This document shows positions 9,234-12,431 of a stretch of DNA of 12,431 bases, in pieces. Each line of letters starts with the position of its first letter. The stretch's first letter is position 1. Origin of the DNA: Azolla caroliniana (Eukaryota > Plantae > Polypodiophyta); the NCBI GenBank assembly GCA_043228905.1, contig JBHGNT010001067.1, positions 1-12,431 on the forward strand, read 5' to 3'. The translations under genes and the position numbers were made by a program. The notes below the pieces were generated by a model that was not told where the DNA came from, did no database searches, and saw only the letters and a list, made by a program, of their open reading frames with translations.

Positions 9234-9294
9234 ACTCCTGAACTTTGAGGTGGGCTTACGAGTGTGTGTGATTGTAGGACCAAACCCTACGAGA

Positions 9295-9320
9295 AGAGAG
9301 AGAGAGAGAGAGAGATAGAT
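9295..9320. repeat. (AG)10 tract merging into the (AGAT)2 tail at the copy A / copy B junction
   Basis: Read directly from the sequence. Confidence 0.9.
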
Positions 9321-12246
9321 TATATTATCGTCTTCGGAGGTCAAATATGACCTATGAGACCAAAAATATTACATTTCACGTGATACGTGTGAAAGTGAGT
9401 AGTGACTCTTGATGTTCAAGAACTTTACCAATGAATGTTGCAATGGAGAGTGCACATTGTGGTTGTGAGAGGAATTCATGCAAGGATTGGGCTCGATCGA
9501 AGAGATATGGAAAGCATGGTCAAATATGATCAACGGCAGAGCATTGTATCAAAGTGTGATACTCAGACTCGCGAACTTGTTTAGGGCAAAGTGTGCATAG
9601 CCAACCACTCTCATCACTTGTACCCCAACGCCCTATTTCACATCGCAATGCATGTGAGCTAAGTCGCATGGAAGCAATGGTTCGAATGGCAGATAACGGT
9701 ATGGCCTCTAACATGTATGGATGTGTACGATTTCGCCGTTCCGCAAAGAATATGGTTTTGTAGTTAGGTGCAACATGTGTAGTATAATATGTGAAGCGTG
9801 AGCCTCCACATTTGTCCCATGTCATGATACATTGGCGTTGCAAAAATGCCTCATTTACAGAGGAATCTAATGATGCATCATGAAGCAAGTGTCTCGCATC
9901 CCATCTACCAAACAATTTTTCTATATCTTGCATCCAACCGGAACACAAATTTTTTCTTTTATGCGTCTTTTGGATCTTTTTGCTTGCTTCCCACGCAATT
10001 CTAGGAAGTCGATGTGAGGGACTTTTTGAACCTTAAGCATGTATTCAACACTTAATATCTCCAAGATTACATGTGTTCTCAAATGCATAGTATGCTCGCT
10101 TGCCCGCCTCTAAGCGGCGTGTAGCACATTCATTCCATCTATGATTTGAAGGAACTTCAAGGCCAAGATATTTGAAGCTTTCCACACATTCAAGTGGCTC
10201 ATTGCTGTACATAATGCATGGTTTATCTCTTTTTTGGCTCTTCACAAGCATAATCTTTGTTTTAGAGCTATTGACACTTAATTTAGTATGCATGCAAAAG
10301 TTTTCTAATGCCTTCATAAGCTTTTGTGCATCTCCTAAAGTATTTGCAAGAAGCACTACATCATCTGCATATAGCAAAAGCATAATTACTACATTCCCAA
10401 TGGCAACTTCTTCAACACATTCTTCCTTTGCAAACTTGGTAACCATTTCTTCCAATTCATCAATGCATAGACCAAATAGTGTTGGTGAGAGTGGGCATCC
10501 TTGCTTAACACCAATAGTCCTTTTGAAAAAATCTGAAAGTTTATCTCTCGTGCGCACACAACATATAACCTGCTCATAAATTCGGGAAATTGTAAGCATA
10601 TATTCAGTTGGCACCTCAAGTTCTTCCATTCGCCTCCAAAGATGCTCACGAGGTACCATATCAAAAGCTTTCTTCAAGTCTACAAAGCAACAATATAAAC
10701 CTTTACCTCTAAGGCAACTTTCCTCCATTAATACTCGAAGGGTGATAAGGTGATCAATGGTGCTATGGTATTTCCGAAAGCCAGCTTGTCCATAAGCTCT
10801 CTTACCACTTTTTTCAGCCCATACACTTATCTTTGATTCCATTATACATCCAAATAGTTTTGCCATTAATGAGTCAACCATGATGGTTCGATAGTTGTTC
10901 ACATTATTTATATCTCCACCTTTATGTAAAGGTTTGATCCAATTTGTAGTCCAATCGTACGGCATACCATGTTGCAATGCATCATTAAACATATCGCTTA
11001 TCCATATATGTGCTTCCTTTCTCGTTCATTTGAGCATTTCAGCCTTTATACATTGAAGATCGCTTGCCTTTCGAGAGGCCAATTTCTTAAGTCCTATGCA
11101 TATATCTTCAATTGTAAAGAAGGGAGGCATATGGGAAAGAGAACCATAACACATCATCTTTCCGGCACGAGATAACTCATATAAATTCTTACCATGCATA
11201 GACAAGTCGTGAAGAGTTAAGTCACCATAACTCTCAACACGTTTTCCCTTTAGATTTCCCCAAAATTTAGCACATGCATGTGCTTTCTCTTGCGTTTGGA
11301 TAAATTGTTGAGTAACTTCCCATATTCGTCTCTTTCTTTGAATAAACCTTTTATACTCATGCAAATGCTTTTGGTAATTTTCTTTATCCTTAACTACATC
11401 CAAAACCATAAGGCACTTTCGAGCTTCATGACATTCTTTATCAAACCAAATTTTTCTAAGTTTCTTGGTGCACTTCCAAGATGTGCGGTTGGTCGAAAAA
11501 CATTTGTTTGTACATGAGAGAATGACATTCTTGAAAGCTTCCCATTTGCATTCTAGTGTGGCACCATGTTGTATCTTTGTCATTTGTAACATATCCTCAA
11601 CCATCTTGGAATACATGGGTGCTTGCTTAAGGTTCATGCTCAAGTGCGGTTGTTTATTATCTTCAATAGCCTTCTCACAATCAAACCTATGCATAAATTT
11701 GAGATCAATACATAAAGGCCTATGATCGGATTCCTGTGTCCATTCACCAAGTGAGAATTTATGTATACGATCCAAAATACCTTTGGAAAGTAGCACATAG
11801 TCAATCACACTATGTCCGTTGTGTTTTCTACATGTAAAACCATTAGTGTTGGGCCATAAGGAAATACCATTTGCAATAAGCAATCCGGTACTATTGCACA
11901 TTTGTAGGAGTAACTTCCCAAATTGGTCCGGATCTTTTTCATCGCTAGAAGAGCGGTTATACATTTGCATATCCTCTTGCATCCTTGAGATATGTGGCAT
12001 GAAAGATTCTTGTGAATCAAGTTGGAAACTTCTTGGATGAGCATTCATGTCACCAAAGACAATAACTTCCCCTTTGGATGGGAAATAAGCAATATCATCT
12101 TCTAGATTGCCAAACAGTTGATCTTTATCCAAACAAGCATAAAAGTTAGAATCTTGATGAGGAATGTAACATCCAACTACAAAAGTGGGCAAATCATTAG
12201 GTGTTTCTATTTTGAGTCATATGTAGCATTTATTTTCATCAGTTTT
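9313..12246 (-). mobile_element. LINE copy B, same family as copy A, interrupted in the endonuclease domain by an LTR and carrying a 227-bp internal deletion
   Basis: Collinear and highly similar to about 4967-8111 (roughly 9 in 10 bases by eye, not computed). Homology ends at about 12246. Confidence 0.93.
9376..12246 (-). pseudogene. LINE copy B ORF2 (partial APE, RT, CCHC domain)
   Basis: ORFs 11026-12192 and 10045-10992 are one frame split by a single TGA. Motifs: GDMNAH, SVIDY, SDHRP, QAGFR, VDLKKAFD, GVKQGCPLSPTLF, YADD, FKYLG, and MRLSSHALRCEIGRW..CTLC..ESEYH..QC. Native stop TGA at 9378-9376. Confidence 0.95.
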
Positions 12247-12431
12247 TGTTAGAAATTGACGCTTTCAAAACCTTCACCTCTCGGCCACAACCGAGGACAC
12301 ATGAGTCAATGCAGCAGTAAATCGAAAAACACAGAGAGAGACTCGAATGCACAGGGTTTAGCGTGGAAAACCCTAGACGGGAAAAACCACGGGAGTGCAA
12401 GACTCCAACTATCACTATACGCAGGGAATGT
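12247..12431 (-). mobile_element. 3' (U5) end of a copia-type LTR (element C4) inserted into LINE copy B and running off the window
   Basis: Plus-strand TGTTAG (minus ...CTAACA) sits at the break in LINE homology. The minus strand carries CCCGTGGTTTTTCCC...AGGGTTTTCCACG, a motif typical of the U5 of many plant copia LTRs. No PBS is adjacent, so this is an outer end or a solo LTR. Confidence 0.75.

Larger units (their letters stand above)
4951..9293 (-). mobile_element. Non-LTR retrotransposon (LINE) copy A, apparently full length (about 4.34 kb), APE-RT type, RTE-X-like
   Basis: Short 5' UTR, ORF1, ORF2 (EN-RT-CCHC), short 3' UTR and (ATCT)n tail. Candidate TSD AAGAGAGAGA at 4941-4950 and 9294-9303. 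The clade call is an inference from motifs. Confidence 0.9.

Noticed and set aside
9234-9344. 37-aa N-terminal extension of ORF1 (MTSEDD...LSLSLSLL), resembling a signal or hydrophobic segment
   Set aside because: It starts at a non-ATG codon in copy B's 3' UTR and translates the (TC)n junction, so it is an artefact of the tandem arrangement.
5793-12040. Plus-strand ORFs that recur in pairs (e.g. 6268-6582 and 10172-10579, 7330-7590 and 11465-11725)
   Set aside because: They are antisense shadows of LINE ORF1/ORF2, and the recurrence only reflects the two homologous copies.
4951-12246. Prokaryotic RT system (retron, group II intron, DGR, defence RT), or the two long repeats as giant LTRs
   Set aside because: The APE-RT-CCHC organisation, ORF1, microsatellite tails and copia context identify eukaryotic LINEs. 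The repeats are coding and lack TG...CA ends, a PBS or a PPT.

Overview
This is a eukaryotic, almost certainly land-plant, transposon-dense window with no host gene, RNA gene or CRISPR array that I can see. A non-seed plant such as a moss is a low-confidence guess. The window is a nested stack of retroelements. The left part holds a degenerate + strand Ty1/copia gag-pol (641-2444). Its gag is interrupted by the 3' end of another LTR element (1-640), and its RT by a - strand copia 3' half (2445-4544). That second copia is itself split by an unidentified AT-rich insert (3088-3980) and a third LTR (from 4545). Inside the GA-rich tract of that LTR lie two head-to-tail - strand copies of one APE-RT non-LTR retrotransposon family. 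An RTE-X-like assignment is inferred from motifs. Copy A (4951-9293) looks full length, with an intact ORF1 and a decayed ORF2. Copy B (9313-12246) is cut by a fourth LTR at 12247. The most notable features all concern the LINE. ORF1 and ORF2 are in frame, separated by a single TAG with no ORF2 ATG (candidate readthrough). The family appears to target (GA)n microsatellites and has (ATCT)n tails, a 3' stem-loop, and a telo-box/site II/GAGA cluster at the 5' end.
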